From: a virus
Taxonomy: Duplodnaviria > Caudoviricetes
Direction: 5' to 3' (one strand)
Length of the DNA: 57,263 nt
Virus record (IMG/VR): IMGVR_UViG_3300034156_000030
Span: 1-57,263 of that record
The position numbers and the translations under genes are program-made. Shown piece after piece: positions 1 through 10,478 of the stretch. The notes beneath the pieces are model-generated. The model ran no database searches and was not told the DNA's origin. It was given only the letters and a program-made list of their open reading frames with translations. Each line of letters starts with the position of its first letter. Position 1 is the first letter of the stretch.

Positions 1-5
1 ATGAA

Positions 6-35
6 GGAGGGGGGCTTATATTGCGAGACCCCTCC
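6..35. other. GC-rich terminal inverted repeat (GGAGGGG...CCCCTCC)
   Basis: ggagggg at 6-12 is complementary to cccctcc at 29-35, directly after the last gene at the window end. Confidence 0.5.
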
Positions 36-275
36 CTATGTCATAACTTTTCTGTAAATTCCTAAGATGTTTTCTTTTATTATCTCATCAATTGCATCTT
101 CAATAGCTATTCGTTCATCTTCTTCTGATAATTCATCACTTGTCTTGGCAATCCTTGCTAAGTATGCACACGAGTTATAACCTTTTGATTCATCAAATGT
201 TTTCCACTTGTCAAACTCAGTGAAAGGATCATAAGGATTGTCTGTTGTAGTTAACATCACGGTAGTCATAGACAT
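36..275 (-). CDS. Conserved phage hypothetical protein
   Basis: 79 aa ORF with AAAGGAG RBS; motif LTTTDNPYDPF. Confidence 0.7.
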   Translation of the reverse strand: MSMTTVMLTTTDNPYDPFTEFDKWKTFDESKGYNSCAYLARIAKTSDELSEEDERIAIEDAIDEIIKENILGIYRKVMT

Positions 276-348
276 GTCTCCTTTTTAATTATTTAAAAGA
301 ATCTTAAAGTTTTGTTAGACATTATCTAAAAGATTCTATTATATTGAT

Positions 349-2994
349 TTAAGTTTTTAAAGCATTAAATAATGCAGATGTAGAGATGCCTAAAGACTCA
401 GCAACTTCTGATTGAGTATAGCCTGAGGCAAGCATTGCTTTAGCACGACTAACACGAGAAGGTGACATCATAGTAGTTGTTCTAGGTGTTGCAAGTTGTT
501 TAATTCTATCTAAGTTAGTGTTCATTAATATCTGTGTTAATTTAGATGGACTAATAGCACCAGCTTGTATAGCCTCCCATTCTCTATCAGTAAGAGGAAT
601 TGGATCTTTCTTTGCTCCTGTTCTAACTCTAGATTCTGCTAATGCTTGATTGCGAACCTTCTTTAGATCATCAGACTCCATACCTGGATTAGCCTGTTTC
701 TTTCTATCTATAATGGAATTGGCTATAACATGTGCCTGTCTTTCTAAAGGTTTATTTTTAAGAGCATTATTCAACTTAGCATTTAATACATCTACTTCTT
801 TAGCATAAGCAAGTCTTGCTGATGGATTATATGGTGTGGGTATTGTTTCGGCAGCGTTCTTTCTAGATGCATTACCTAAAGACTTCAAATTATTAGCATA
901 GGCGGCATAAACTTCTTCTATTGGTCTTCCAGATGATAATGTAAAAGCATTAGAAGTTTCAGCTATTTTTGTAGATTTTATTTGTCTTACTATTGTTTTA
1001 CCATTCTTATCTACATAAGATTCTCCAGTTTTACTATATACTTTTTTTCCAGTATTAACATCAATTGGTCCACCTTCTGCAGCACTTCTAGGTTTTCTAG
1101 CATCTACTCTTGCCTGTGATGATGCTTTAGATATTAATGTTGATGCTCCACCGCTTGAACTATTCTGATATTTGGCTGATAATGAAGCAATTTTATGGTC
1201 TTTAAAAGATTGTCTATAATCCAAGTTATGCTTCTCACTATCTATAACTACCATAGAATGTCTAACAGCCATACATATCTCATCTAAACTAGCACCTTTA
1301 ATAGTCATATCTGTAATGAGATTACTTGCTTCACCCATTTTTGTCTGTTTAGTTTGTGGTTTAATTGGTTTAATATTAGAACCTTCTGGTATTTTATATG
1401 ATGTAATAGGATCAAAATCTTGTAAATTCTTTAATGATGCTGAAGATTTTATTAAACCTTTACTATTAGGTATTACTATTACGGCATCACCATCAAAGTC
1501 TGCTCCAGAAAGTTTTTGTGCTACTTTGGGATGCATACCTATAGCATCTGGTGCTCCTCCCATAACAGCTATTGCATCTTTATTTTTATTATTTACTATA
1601 ACTTGAGGTATTTCAAATGTTCCACCATGAGGATGTCTAATTAGTACAACTGGTTCACCATTATTAAATGTTGGCGCATATATTTCATTTTCTTTCATAC
1701 CTGGAATTGGTAATATAACTTTTGATGCTTGTCTAGGTAAAGCTGCAGCTTTTAAATGGACAGCTGAACTATCACAATCATCTGCAAATGCTTGTAAAAG
1801 TTGTCTTTTTACAACTGGATTGGTTAATTTATTTATTTCATCAAATTCTTCTTGTTTTAATTTTAGTGATAAATCAAGTTGTCTTTTAGCCAAAGGTACT
1901 GATTGTTTTGATAGGATTTGTGATGATATACTTTTAGACCAAGAGCTCCAATCGCCTTCTTCATTAACGATATTAAGTGCACCACTCTTACGTTTAATGG
2001 TTGCTCCAAACGGACTATCAGAATCGATGTTTGTTTGACCATTTTCATCAGTAGTAGTTTTAAGTTTTTTCATAGCACCTAATTTACCAACATCTTTAGA
2101 TTTATTAGTGTTAAACATAATATCCACACCAATAGGCATTTTATCATTATAAATGGCCATACCTTTTAAATAGTGTGTACCATCAACGCTAATACGAACT
2201 TGAGCATATTGTGAACCGCCCAAATCCAAATCTTTAACGCCTCTTCGAAGTTCTATAACGCCATCTTTCTGTGTTCCACCATCTTCGGAAAAATTAATTT
2301 TAATTCTATTAGAGTCAATGCTATGAATAGTTTTATCTATCTCATTAAATGTTCTTCCAAAATCATTAGAATATGCGTTAATTGCTTTTATTTTTCCTAC
2401 ATCTTTTACGACTTCTGACCAACTAGTATCTGGAGCGCCTAAAACTTTCATAATTGTAAATTGTCCAGGTAATCCAACTTGTTCAACGTTAACTCTATGT
2501 ACTTTATATCCTTGTTCTTGTAACTCAGCAACTGCATTATTTAATTTTGTACGGGTTACGCCAAGATATGTTTCAACACCTGCTCCAACATCAATAAATC
2601 TTTTTTGATCTACATTTTCTTTTAGTATACCAGCAGTTACTTTAGTAATAGATGCTCTTTCCGCTAATATGGGATTAAGTATAGAACGAACAGATGATTC
2701 ATTCATTCCCATTCTTCTGCCAATCTCCATATTAGAATAACCTTTATCTTTAAGTTTTAAAATTTCTGTTCTATCTCCTGCTCTTTTTTCTGATTTAACA
2801 AGTGACATTCTAGCTAATAATACAGTTGTAGTTATGCCTTCTCTTTTCGCTATTTCTAAATTACTTAAACCTTCATCACGAAGTTTTTGAATATGAGCTT
2901 TAAAATCAATAGCTCTTTCATAACCGTCTTTTCCGGAGCCCCATGGATACCTTCCAGATTTTCTAGGCATACCATAATGTTTTATCTCACTCAT
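349..2994 (-). CDS. Single-chain phage RNA polymerase (YonO/RdRP-like double-psi barrel) with HTH domains
   Basis: Catalytic GADFDGD motif preceded by RHPH...E; HTH-like segments near both termini (SNMEIGRRMGMNESSVRSI, TQSEVAESLGISTSAL). Confidence 0.8.
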   Translation of the reverse strand: MSEIKHYGMPRKSGRYPWGSGKDGYERAIDFKAHIQKLRDEGLSNLEIAKREGITTTVLLARMSLVKSEKRAGDRTEILKLKDKGYSNMEIGRRMGMNESSVRSILNPILAERASITKVTAGILKENVDQKRFIDVGAGVETYLGVTRTKLNNAVAELQEQGYKVHRVNVEQVGLPGQFTIMKVLGAPDTSWSEVVKDVGKIKAINAYSNDFGRTFNEIDKTIHSIDSNRIKINFSEDGGTQKDGVIELRRGVKDLDLGGSQYAQVRISVDGTHYLKGMAIYNDKMPIGVDIMFNTNKSKDVGKLGAMKKLKTTTDENGQTNIDSDSPFGATIKRKSGALNIVNEEGDWSSWSKSISSQILSKQSVPLAKRQLDLSLKLKQEEFDEINKLTNPVVKRQLLQAFADDCDSSAVHLKAAALPRQASKVILPIPGMKENEIYAPTFNNGEPVVLIRHPHGGTFEIPQVIVNNKNKDAIAVMGGAPDAIGMHPKVAQKLSGADFDGDAVIVIPNSKGLIKSSASLKNLQDFDPITSYKIPEGSNIKPIKPQTKQTKMGEASNLITDMTIKGASLDEICMAVRHSMVVIDSEKHNLDYRQSFKDHKIASLSAKYQNSSSGGASTLISKASSQARVDARKPRSAAEGGPIDVNTGKKVYSKTGESYVDKNGKTIVRQIKSTKIAETSNAFTLSSGRPIEEVYAAYANNLKSLGNASRKNAAETIPTPYNPSARLAYAKEVDVLNAKLNNALKNKPLERQAHVIANSIIDRKKQANPGMESDDLKKVRNQALAESRVRTGAKKDPIPLTDREWEAIQAGAISPSKLTQILMNTNLDRIKQLATPRTTTMMSPSRVSRAKAMLASGYTQSEVAESLGISTSALFNALKT

Positions 2995-3000
2995 AAAAAG

Positions 3001-3555
3001 TTAACCTCCTATCTTTAATTGTTCTATCCTTTTATCAAATTCGATAATTTTAATCATAATATTCCATATTTCTTCCGGTTCTGGAATATGAATTAAAACT
3101 TCATCCGATTGATATATTCTTAGTTCGGTTTCAATTTCAATAGGTTTAATATTATACTCTAAACAGAATAAAGCATTATAAACCAATAATTGTTTTATAG
3201 ATGCTGGTGTTTCTCCTGTTTTTAAATCATGTATTCTTAAAAAGTTTTTTTTGAAAGATATAGCATCTGCTGTGCCAAAACAATTATCCGAAAAATAGAG
3301 AGGTTGTTCTGTTTGCATTTTAAAACCTATAGCATCATTAACATAAATATTAAATGAATTTCTTGTTTTTGGTAATCTAACTCCAAGTTTTATACATTGT
3401 TTAGCAAGTTCATGTAATTCAGTTCCTTTGGCTGCTGCTAAGTATTTAGAAAATGTAGAAACAAGTTTTTCATCATCATAATTTATCCAATGATATTTAC
3501 TTGCACTTAGAAACGCGTGTAATCCGTCTAATCGAGAATGCTTGTTGAAGTTCAT
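3001..3555 (-). CDS. PD-(D/E)XK (Cas4/lambda-exonuclease-like) nuclease
   Basis: GTELH...E...GTADAI...IHDLKTG...QL..Y motifs. Confidence 0.75.
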   Translation of the reverse strand: MNFNKHSRLDGLHAFLSASKYHWINYDDEKLVSTFSKYLAAAKGTELHELAKQCIKLGVRLPKTRNSFNIYVNDAIGFKMQTEQPLYFSDNCFGTADAISFKKNFLRIHDLKTGETPASIKQLLVYNALFCLEYNIKPIEIETELRIYQSDEVLIHIPEPEEIWNIMIKIIEFDKRIEQLKIGG

Positions 3556-3820
3556 ATAAAACCTCCTCTTTATTTTGAGGACATATCATAGATGCAAAAG
3601 ACATATCATCCATTTTATTTATGTAATATTCTTGGTTTGGTTGATATGGTTCGTTAAGACTTCTTTTACATTCTAATGCTGCCCAATGTTTTTTATATAA
3701 AATTAAAAGGTCAGGAATTCCTTGAACGTATTGTGAATCATTTTTTAAGACTATACATCCAGGAAATATATCTTTAAGCTCTTCAATTAAATCAGCTTGA
3801 AATTTATTTTCTCTAGTCAT
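3497..3820 (-). CDS. VRR-Nuc-like endonuclease (possible Holliday junction resolvase)
   Basis: E..FQ...GIPDL...LECK...PNQ motifs. Confidence 0.8.
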   Translation of the reverse strand: MTRENKFQADLIEELKDIFPGCIVLKNDSQYVQGIPDLLILYKKHWAALECKRSLNEPYQPNQEYYINKMDDMSFASMICPQNKEEVLYELQQAFSIRRITRVSKCK

Positions 3821-3894
3821 ATGATCTCCTTTCTAAAAAAATAAGAATCCAATTCTTAAATTAATTCCTATTAAAGGGACATTTTTTATTCCCC

Positions 3895-3922
3895 TCTATT
3901 ATAGGCCATGTTTTTCACGCGA
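3895..3922 (-). promoter_or_regulatory. Phage promoter motif, copy 1
   Basis: TCGC GTGAAAA AC ATGGCC TATAAT AGA, upstream of the VRR-Nuc, exonuclease and RNAP genes. Confidence 0.75.
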
Positions 3923-3930
3923 GTTTGATA

Positions 3931-5109
3931 TTATGATATAAATCTTTTTTCATTAAAATTCTTTTTACCATTAAATGCTTTTCTAATAGCTAAATCGATT
4001 TCTGATGTAGAATATAAATGATAATAATAAAGATTTGTAAATGGTGAGTTTAATCTATCTATTCTACCAGCTGCTTGAATGACTGCTTTATATGAATAAT
4101 TTTGAGAATAGAAAATTACAGTATCTGTTAATATACAATTCCATCCTTCTGCACCTGCAGCATATTGAACTATGTACATCCATTCATTAGTATCAGGAAT
4201 TAATTGATGATTATGACCATTCCATTCTGTTGTTGATATTTTAAGTTTATTACCTAATTCTAAAAGTAATTCTCTCTCATAATTAAAATTATAAAATACT
4301 ATAACTTTAGGATGTTTTTTTATAAGTTGAGCAACTGTATCAACTCTTCTTGGATCACTATTCACAACTCTGCGCATTAAATAACAAAGTTGAGCTACAT
4401 CTCTAACTGGTTCTTTTTCATAAACATTCCAACGTTTAATCATAACTGTATTAAATATTTCTCTATCAAAACCAACTTTAATCAATTTATCATTAGATAT
4501 TGTTCGCTTATTATAATGCATATTAATTATAATTTCATCTCTAAGACGGACTAATCTATTAATCTCTATATAGTGATCTATCTTTGGAAATTTTGAAAAA
4601 TTATTAAATACTACATGTCTACGAATAAATTCGGTACGGTTCTTATAATATCCGTTGGCTACAAATACTGGAATGTAATCAGACCATGTATCACCTGGAG
4701 TTGCACTTAATAAAATCCAGTTATTATTTTTAGTTACTTTAATAAAAGATTTTACCCATGTACCATTTCCTATAACTCGCTGTTCATCTAGTATGAAAAA
4801 TGCATTTTTAACATTAACATATTTTCTTATATTATTCCAAGAATCAACAGTAACTTTAATAGAAAACTTAAATAAACTACATTCTTTTTCCCATTCTAAA
4901 GTATCTCTTTTTCTTGCTGTTGTTATAATATATAAATCTTTTGGTTTCTTCATTTGTAATTTATTGTTATTAAAATCGCCACCACATTCTTTTAAATAAT
5001 ATGCAAGCGAAGTTAATGATTTGCCCGAACCAACACCACCAACTAAAATATTTCCATTTCGAAGTTTTTCTATAGCATCTTTTTGATATGGATATAGTTG
5101 TACAGCCAT
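3931..5109 (-). CDS. SF2 (SNF2/Res-like) DNA helicase
   Basis: LYPYQ, GSGKS Walker A, ILDE, SATP, QAAGRIDR motifs. Confidence 0.88.
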   Translation of the reverse strand: MAVQLYPYQKDAIEKLRNGNILVGGVGSGKSLTSLAYYLKECGGDFNNNKLQMKKPKDLYIITTARKRDTLEWEKECSLFKFSIKVTVDSWNNIRKYVNVKNAFFILDEQRVIGNGTWVKSFIKVTKNNNWILLSATPGDTWSDYIPVFVANGYYKNRTEFIRRHVVFNNFSKFPKIDHYIEINRLVRLRDEIIINMHYNKRTISNDKLIKVGFDREIFNTVMIKRWNVYEKEPVRDVAQLCYLMRRVVNSDPRRVDTVAQLIKKHPKVIVFYNFNYERELLLELGNKLKISTTEWNGHNHQLIPDTNEWMYIVQYAAGAEGWNCILTDTVIFYSQNYSYKAVIQAAGRIDRLNSPFTNLYYYHLYSTSEIDLAIRKAFNGKKNFNEKRFIS

Positions 5110-5169
5110 AGAACAATCCTCCTTAAAATATATGCCCGTCTAGCCGATAGCACAGCTTTATTTTTTTAA

Positions 5170-5706
5170 TTAATCATGATGTTTACAACTACCATCACAT
5201 GCTTCACAATTGCCACAACCACCAATAGAATCAACAGCACTATCTGGGGCGTCATAATATTGTTTTTCAAATTCATCTTCTGCTATTGTTATATACATGG
5301 CTTTAACATATGCTTTAACGCCGCTTTTTTCATTTGGAGTGCCTTTATGCATTGTCCAGTTATATGGACAAATAACTAGATCTATTTTAGCTATATCAGC
5401 CCAATCAATAATGGAAACTGATTCTTCGTCCATTAATGTTTTTCCTTTACTTGAGATTATTAATATTTTTGGCGGTGTATTATCATAAGCTACTTTTACT
5501 TGAAGATATCCTTGTTTCGGGGCACCATCATCTTTTGGAGTTAGCCACCTAACATTCCAGCCATCATCTTCTAACTTGGCTGACAAATTATCATCAAGAA
5601 ATACACAAAAATTTCGTTGTCCTTCTGGATTGAATCTACCTAACTTACCACTAAAATTACGGAAACCTATATCAGCATTAGCGATAGATATATTACTTTT
5701 AATCAT
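5170..5706 (-). CDS. Single-stranded DNA-binding protein (T7 gp2.5-like) with Cys-rich tail
   Basis: FRNFSG...RNF, GVKAYVK motifs; located between polymerase and helicase. Confidence 0.65.
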   Translation of the reverse strand: MIKSNISIANADIGFRNFSGKLGRFNPEGQRNFCVFLDDNLSAKLEDDGWNVRWLTPKDDGAPKQGYLQVKVAYDNTPPKILIISSKGKTLMDEESVSIIDWADIAKIDLVICPYNWTMHKGTPNEKSGVKAYVKAMYITIAEDEFEKQYYDAPDSAVDSIGGCGNCEACDGSCKHHD

Positions 5707-5721
5707 TTAGTTATTCCCCTT

Positions 5722-8700
5722 TCAAAATGGCATACAATCGTAGCCTAATTTACATGAATTTGGTCCTGTACTATCTGTTGTCCAATTGATGCAGTTAACA
5801 CAATCAGTCTTTTTAGGACATTCCGGTAACCAAGGTGGAATATCATCAAAACCTATTGGCGCTAATTCTTGTTGCATTCTTTCTGGGTCATCAGATACAA
5901 ACCAATCAAAATCACCATATTTAGAAATATCTTCGACTGCACTATCAACTAATGTTTCATAATACGATAAATCTATATCAGAATTTCTATCTAATGATTT
6001 TACCATTTCTGCTTCTAACCATTTAAATCCTTTAGTTCCAGTAGCAGAATAATATTTATCATCTTTCATGCGATATAATGTTCCGCCACCACAACCAACT
6101 TTAATAGGACAAAATGCTCCAACTTTTCCGACGAAATGATATTCATGTTGTCCCTCTATAGTTTCATCCATGTCAATATATAAAGCGCCTTGACTCACAG
6201 ATTTAGTTTCACGCATATCTTCAAAACATAATTCTTCTTTAGAGAACAATGTTTTAAATACATAAGGCTGAGCAAATTGTGTTCCAGTAGCAGTCCAACC
6301 TCTTGATTCTATTAAATCTTTTGATTTAGATTCTTCCCAACCTTTAACCCGTGCAATATATACTGCATCGTTAACAAGACAGAATCTAGAATATGTGTCT
6401 TCCAATTCAAATTCATAACCATATTTTTTACCAAAAGCAAATATAAAGTCTATAATATCTGGGTCAGCATCTGGAATGGCTAATTTAATAGAATCTGTTT
6501 TGATGTGAATAGCTGCATAACCTTTCTCTTCAACTGCATATTTTAAGTCTATCATAAATAATGCACCACGTTTTGCAACTATGTTGTCTTTATTTCTAGG
6601 GTCTCTAAATGGATTTTCAAAAGAAGCTGATGTTAAACCATAAGCTGAATTAAGAGCAGTCTTTAATCCATTAGACACATCCTTTAAAGTAAACAAAGGT
6701 TTATCACTGAGTGCATTTTCAATAAATGGCCATATTTTACCATCAAGTAGAACTTTTAATGTATCAAAGTCTTTATGTTTAATTGCTATCCTACCTTTCT
6801 TTAAATCGGAATAATTTTTTGTATATGGGCCAAATAGATTTAATTCCTCTATACTGGTTGGGTGCATAGATGCTACATCAATAACAACTACATTAGAATA
6901 CATTCCAGGAATTGATTCTACATATCCACCCTCTCCAACTTCTATGCCTCGATAAGTACTTTTACCATTCTCAAATTTATATCCTGGAAACATAATACTT
7001 AAATCTGTATACACTAATTTATCTTGGGTCTTTCTATCCTTACCAAATACAATTCTAGTTGAGTGAGTGTTAGTTGTATCGTTAACTGTTAATCCACTTA
7101 ATGCAGCAAGAATTTGTCTAGCTGCCCAATCACCTGCTGTATAATTAAATACAGCTTCTGTAGCATCAACATCATTACCACAATAATCTGCAACTAAGTC
7201 CCACATATGTTCGGGTACTTCTTGGTCCCATGGTAAACCTAATTCTTGATGATGAATACCCAGTTTAATCTCCCACTTTTTAAGACTCATTTTATTACCA
7301 GCACTTAGATAATCATAAGCATCTGTATAAGATATATTATATGCTTCACCAAATAAACAATTTTTACTATCGCCAATAATCTTTTGAGATAGTAAATATA
7401 ATTGCTCATTCGAATATCCAATATATCTGGCATATAATATGTGATTATCATATCTCCGACAATTAAATCCTATTAATTTAAATTTCATTAACGCTTCAAC
7501 ATCTTTCGAAGAAGGGTTAATCATTTTAACTTTATTACCGCCTTTCTTTTTCCAAACAATTATAAATAGATTAGGAAATACTTCAACATCAAAAAATATT
7601 AAATCATCATTAATATATTCTTCTGTCGAATTGCTTATTTCTTCAGAAGCAAACTGCATTTTACTAATTAACTTAATACAATAGTCTGATTGATTACTTG
7701 AGTTATTAGCAAATGCTAAAATCTTCGGACGCATATCAGTCACATCATATTTTATACCTGATTTATAAGCATCCTCTAATATCTTTTGAATAAAGTCTAT
7801 AGATGGTTTTGTTCCTGGGTGTATTTCTTTGTGAAGATTTCGAGCAATTAAATCTCTTAAACCTTTTTCACTTTGAACAGCATTAAAATTTATCAATTTA
7901 CTATCTCCTTTCAAGGGTAGCCCACTATTGATAGTTGCAACTGGTGAGTTGTTGCACTTAGATAATTTTCTTCTCAACGAGGCTTGCCCGGTAAATATTT
8001 TTACTTCAATCCCTTCTGAATATACTCTACTTAATCTTTGTACATCACCATCATAAATATAATGAAGGTGTATGCCACCACCACTCTTACTAAATTCAGC
8101 ATAAGTTAGTGGCCATTTGCTAGCTTCTTCAATATTTAATTCAACTGATTTTTTACCAGAAGAATCTTTTAAGTCAAAATCTATTACTATGTGATTTTCT
8201 GGTGGTCTAACATAATGAATCTTTTTAGTATCAATACTTTTTAGTTTAATTTTTACTTTCTCCCATTTATTTTTAGGTATCTCTTCTTCTGTAGCATATT
8301 GTGCTTGACATTCAGATAATATTTCATCAATTATAGAATTAGTTTCTTCTAGAACAAAAGAAGCTTTTTTAATTATTTCAGATTTTTTATAAGTTTTATC
8401 ATGTAAAGCTTTACCTATAAAATCTTTATATACACTTCTTACTTGCTTATCGTCTATTCTAGTTACGTCATAAAATTCAAAGAAGTATGATTTTAACTCT
8501 TCTCTAAACTTATGCTTTTGCAGTTTATAAGTTATTAATGCTTCATCACAATATATTTTATACATAGAATATGCCTGTGATAATGTGGTCCATTCTTGTG
8601 ATTTAAAAACCTCATAACTATCTTCTACAAAATTGAAGAATATATCTGTTTGCATCATCATGTCTATTGGCTTATAATTAGAATAATATTTACTACCCAT

Positions 8701-9690
8701 AGATTGATATACAGTTAAACAATGATGGGCTATTGCACCTAATTCAAAATTTATTTTATTTACTAGTATATCATATCTTTCTGGTAATAAAAGTTTTCCA
8801 CTGGGTCTAACATCTATTAGTCGTCTAATAATACCAGACTTAGCATCTGTTATATGTATTGGTTTATTAGTTCCAATAAATAACATAGCATGTGATCTCG
8901 CACTATATGATGGTTTATATTTCTCAGTTATTATTATTTCTTCATGAGAAACTATTGAGTTTAATTTTGTATTATCTTCTATCCTTGATAAATCACCATC
9001 GTGTTCTATGGCTATTAAAGGATTAGTCTTAAATGCTTCCGTAGCAAATGATGTATTACTAGTTAATGTTTTAGCTACAAACATTCCATAATATCCTTCA
9101 AATAACTTTTGTAATATATTTAGAAATGTAGATTTACCAGCACCAGAGTCACCATATATCACTATAAATTTTTGTATGAACTTAGAATCACCAGATATTA
9201 TTGAACCAATAGCCCATTCTAACTTAGCTCTTTCTTCTGGAATGTATAATGTACTCATTAATTCTTCATATGCAGATATTGGTCCGGACTCTAGAGGATA
9301 TGATAATTTTCTACTAACATAATCAGTCCTTTTTATATCTGTATTGGAGAAAACTATCTTTGTATCTAGAGTAGTTGCATTATCTGATAATTCTTTCATA
9401 AATAGTTTATAATTCTTCCACATGTTTGATGATGAGCTCATCATATATTTAGTATCTATTTTTCCGTCATAATGTTTTTCTTTTTCTTTTGTGTATTCTT
9501 TTAATTCCATATCCACTAAAGTTTGTACATCATATTCATCATTAGACCATAACTGTTTATCATCATCCCATACAGCATAGAATGATTTTCCACGAATCAT
9601 TAAATCTTTAGAACGACATACTCTAAAGTCAGGAAATATTTCTAAAACTTTATTTTTACTTGTACGCTCTACTATCTTATAGAAATCCAC
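5722..9690 (-). CDS. Fused SF3 helicase / primase / family B DNA polymerase
   Basis: GDSGAGKS P-loop; primase-like IDFD...SKSGGGIHLHY; exonuclease FFDVEVF, GFN..YD, YC.NDV; PolB DVASMHP, K...NSAYG, KTDS. GTG start with AAAGGAG RBS. Confidence 0.88.
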   Translation of the reverse strand: MDFYKIVERTSKNKVLEIFPDFRVCRSKDLMIRGKSFYAVWDDDKQLWSNDEYDVQTLVDMELKEYTKEKEKHYDGKIDTKYMMSSSSNMWKNYKLFMKELSDNATTLDTKIVFSNTDIKRTDYVSRKLSYPLESGPISAYEELMSTLYIPEERAKLEWAIGSIISGDSKFIQKFIVIYGDSGAGKSTFLNILQKLFEGYYGMFVAKTLTSNTSFATEAFKTNPLIAIEHDGDLSRIEDNTKLNSIVSHEEIIITEKYKPSYSARSHAMLFIGTNKPIHITDAKSGIIRRLIDVRPSGKLLLPERYDILVNKINFELGAIAHHCLTVYQSMGSKYYSNYKPIDMMMQTDIFFNFVEDSYEVFKSQEWTTLSQAYSMYKIYCDEALITYKLQKHKFREELKSYFFEFYDVTRIDDKQVRSVYKDFIGKALHDKTYKKSEIIKKASFVLEETNSIIDEILSECQAQYATEEEIPKNKWEKVKIKLKSIDTKKIHYVRPPENHIVIDFDLKDSSGKKSVELNIEEASKWPLTYAEFSKSGGGIHLHYIYDGDVQRLSRVYSEGIEVKIFTGQASLRRKLSKCNNSPVATINSGLPLKGDSKLINFNAVQSEKGLRDLIARNLHKEIHPGTKPSIDFIQKILEDAYKSGIKYDVTDMRPKILAFANNSSNQSDYCIKLISKMQFASEEISNSTEEYINDDLIFFDVEVFPNLFIIVWKKKGGNKVKMINPSSKDVEALMKFKLIGFNCRRYDNHILYARYIGYSNEQLYLLSQKIIGDSKNCLFGEAYNISYTDAYDYLSAGNKMSLKKWEIKLGIHHQELGLPWDQEVPEHMWDLVADYCGNDVDATEAVFNYTAGDWAARQILAALSGLTVNDTTNTHSTRIVFGKDRKTQDKLVYTDLSIMFPGYKFENGKSTYRGIEVGEGGYVESIPGMYSNVVVIDVASMHPTSIEELNLFGPYTKNYSDLKKGRIAIKHKDFDTLKVLLDGKIWPFIENALSDKPLFTLKDVSNGLKTALNSAYGLTSASFENPFRDPRNKDNIVAKRGALFMIDLKYAVEEKGYAAIHIKTDSIKLAIPDADPDIIDFIFAFGKKYGYEFELEDTYSRFCLVNDAVYIARVKGWEESKSKDLIESRGWTATGTQFAQPYVFKTLFSKEELCFEDMRETKSVSQGALYIDMDETIEGQHEYHFVGKVGAFCPIKVGCGGGTLYRMKDDKYYSATGTKGFKWLEAEMVKSLDRNSDIDLSYYETLVDSAVEDISKYGDFDWFVSDDPERMQQELAPIGFDDIPPWLPECPKKTDCVNCINWTTDSTGPNSCKLGYDCMPF

Positions 9691-9713
9691 ATGTTGTCTC
9701 CTTTCTACTATTT

Positions 9714-9907
9714 TGTTACTGTTACACTTTTATTTTAAACTATATTATATATATACTTTTTTCTCACGTGTAAAGGTAAGAAAAAAAGTGTAACAATGTA
9801 ACAAAAAAGCACTAAAATAGACATTTTTTAACAAAAAAGCACTAAAATATCATAATTATACAAAAACACAAAAAACTCGAAAATAAAAGTGTAACAGAAA
9901 GTGTAAC
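9714..9907. repeat. Candidate replication origin (iterons, inverted repeat, AT-rich core)
   Basis: 18-bp perfect inverted repeat (9719-9736 / 9880-9897); 21-bp direct repeat (9799-9819 / 9829-9849); six TGTTAC/GTAACA units; directly upstream of the replicase gene. Confidence 0.65.
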
Positions 9908-9908
9908 A

Positions 9909-10478
9909 TTATATTGGATAATTTTCCAGCATATAAGCACTCATTTGATACCAAATCTCAACTTTTCGTTGGTCTTTTCTCGGATTCTTCAATGGAAATA
10001 ATCCACCATATCCATTCTTTTCATATCGTCTGTAGACTAGCACTTCTATTTTATCGTATATTAAATTATCTATACTTCTGTTAGGTCGCATAAATATATC
10101 ATCATATGGCGATAGTGATAAGTTATCTAATAATATAAAAATCCACTCACTTGGCGTCTTTTCCCAAGAGCTATCTATAGTCTCAAACTCAAGTCTATAT
10201 GATAATCCTATTAACATTTCAAGAACTGAACAACAATCCTCATCTAGGTGAGATAAAGAAAAGGCAGGGTTGTACCCAACCTCCTCTTCAAATTTTTGTC
10301 GCCATTGTTTACCATCTTCAATTCTATTATCATCATTCGGAACAAGTGAATAAAATTTTATATCGTGCAAACTGCTTAATAATATACTATATTCCTTTGA
10401 ATTATCCACTAAATTACAAAGGAATCCTAGATAATCAAGCATCTGGTTTATTGCCTTTACGCTTAGCATATCTTTCAC
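9909..10478 (-). CDS. Conserved phage hypothetical protein
   Basis: 189 aa; D.NR..DG...R and GGLFPL...EIWYQM motifs. Confidence 0.7.
   Translation of the reverse strand: MKDMLSVKAINQMLDYLGFLCNLVDNSKEYSILLSSLHDIKFYSLVPNDDNRIEDGKQWRQKFEEEVGYNPAFSLSHLDEDCCSVLEMLIGLSYRLEFETIDSSWEKTPSEWIFILLDNLSLSPYDDIFMRPNRSIDNLIYDKIEVLVYRRYEKNGYGGLFPLKNPRKDQRKVEIWYQMSAYMLENYPI

Noticed and set aside
298-337. AGAATCTT/AAGATTCT inverted repeat after the RNAP gene
   Set aside because: Short and AT-rich; it could be a weak terminator but cannot be distinguished from chance.
3835-3897. Fifth small RNA downstream of promoter copy 1
   Set aside because: Only weak AU/GU-rich hairpins without the shared module, running straight into the VRR-Nuc RBS; more likely a leader or attenuator.
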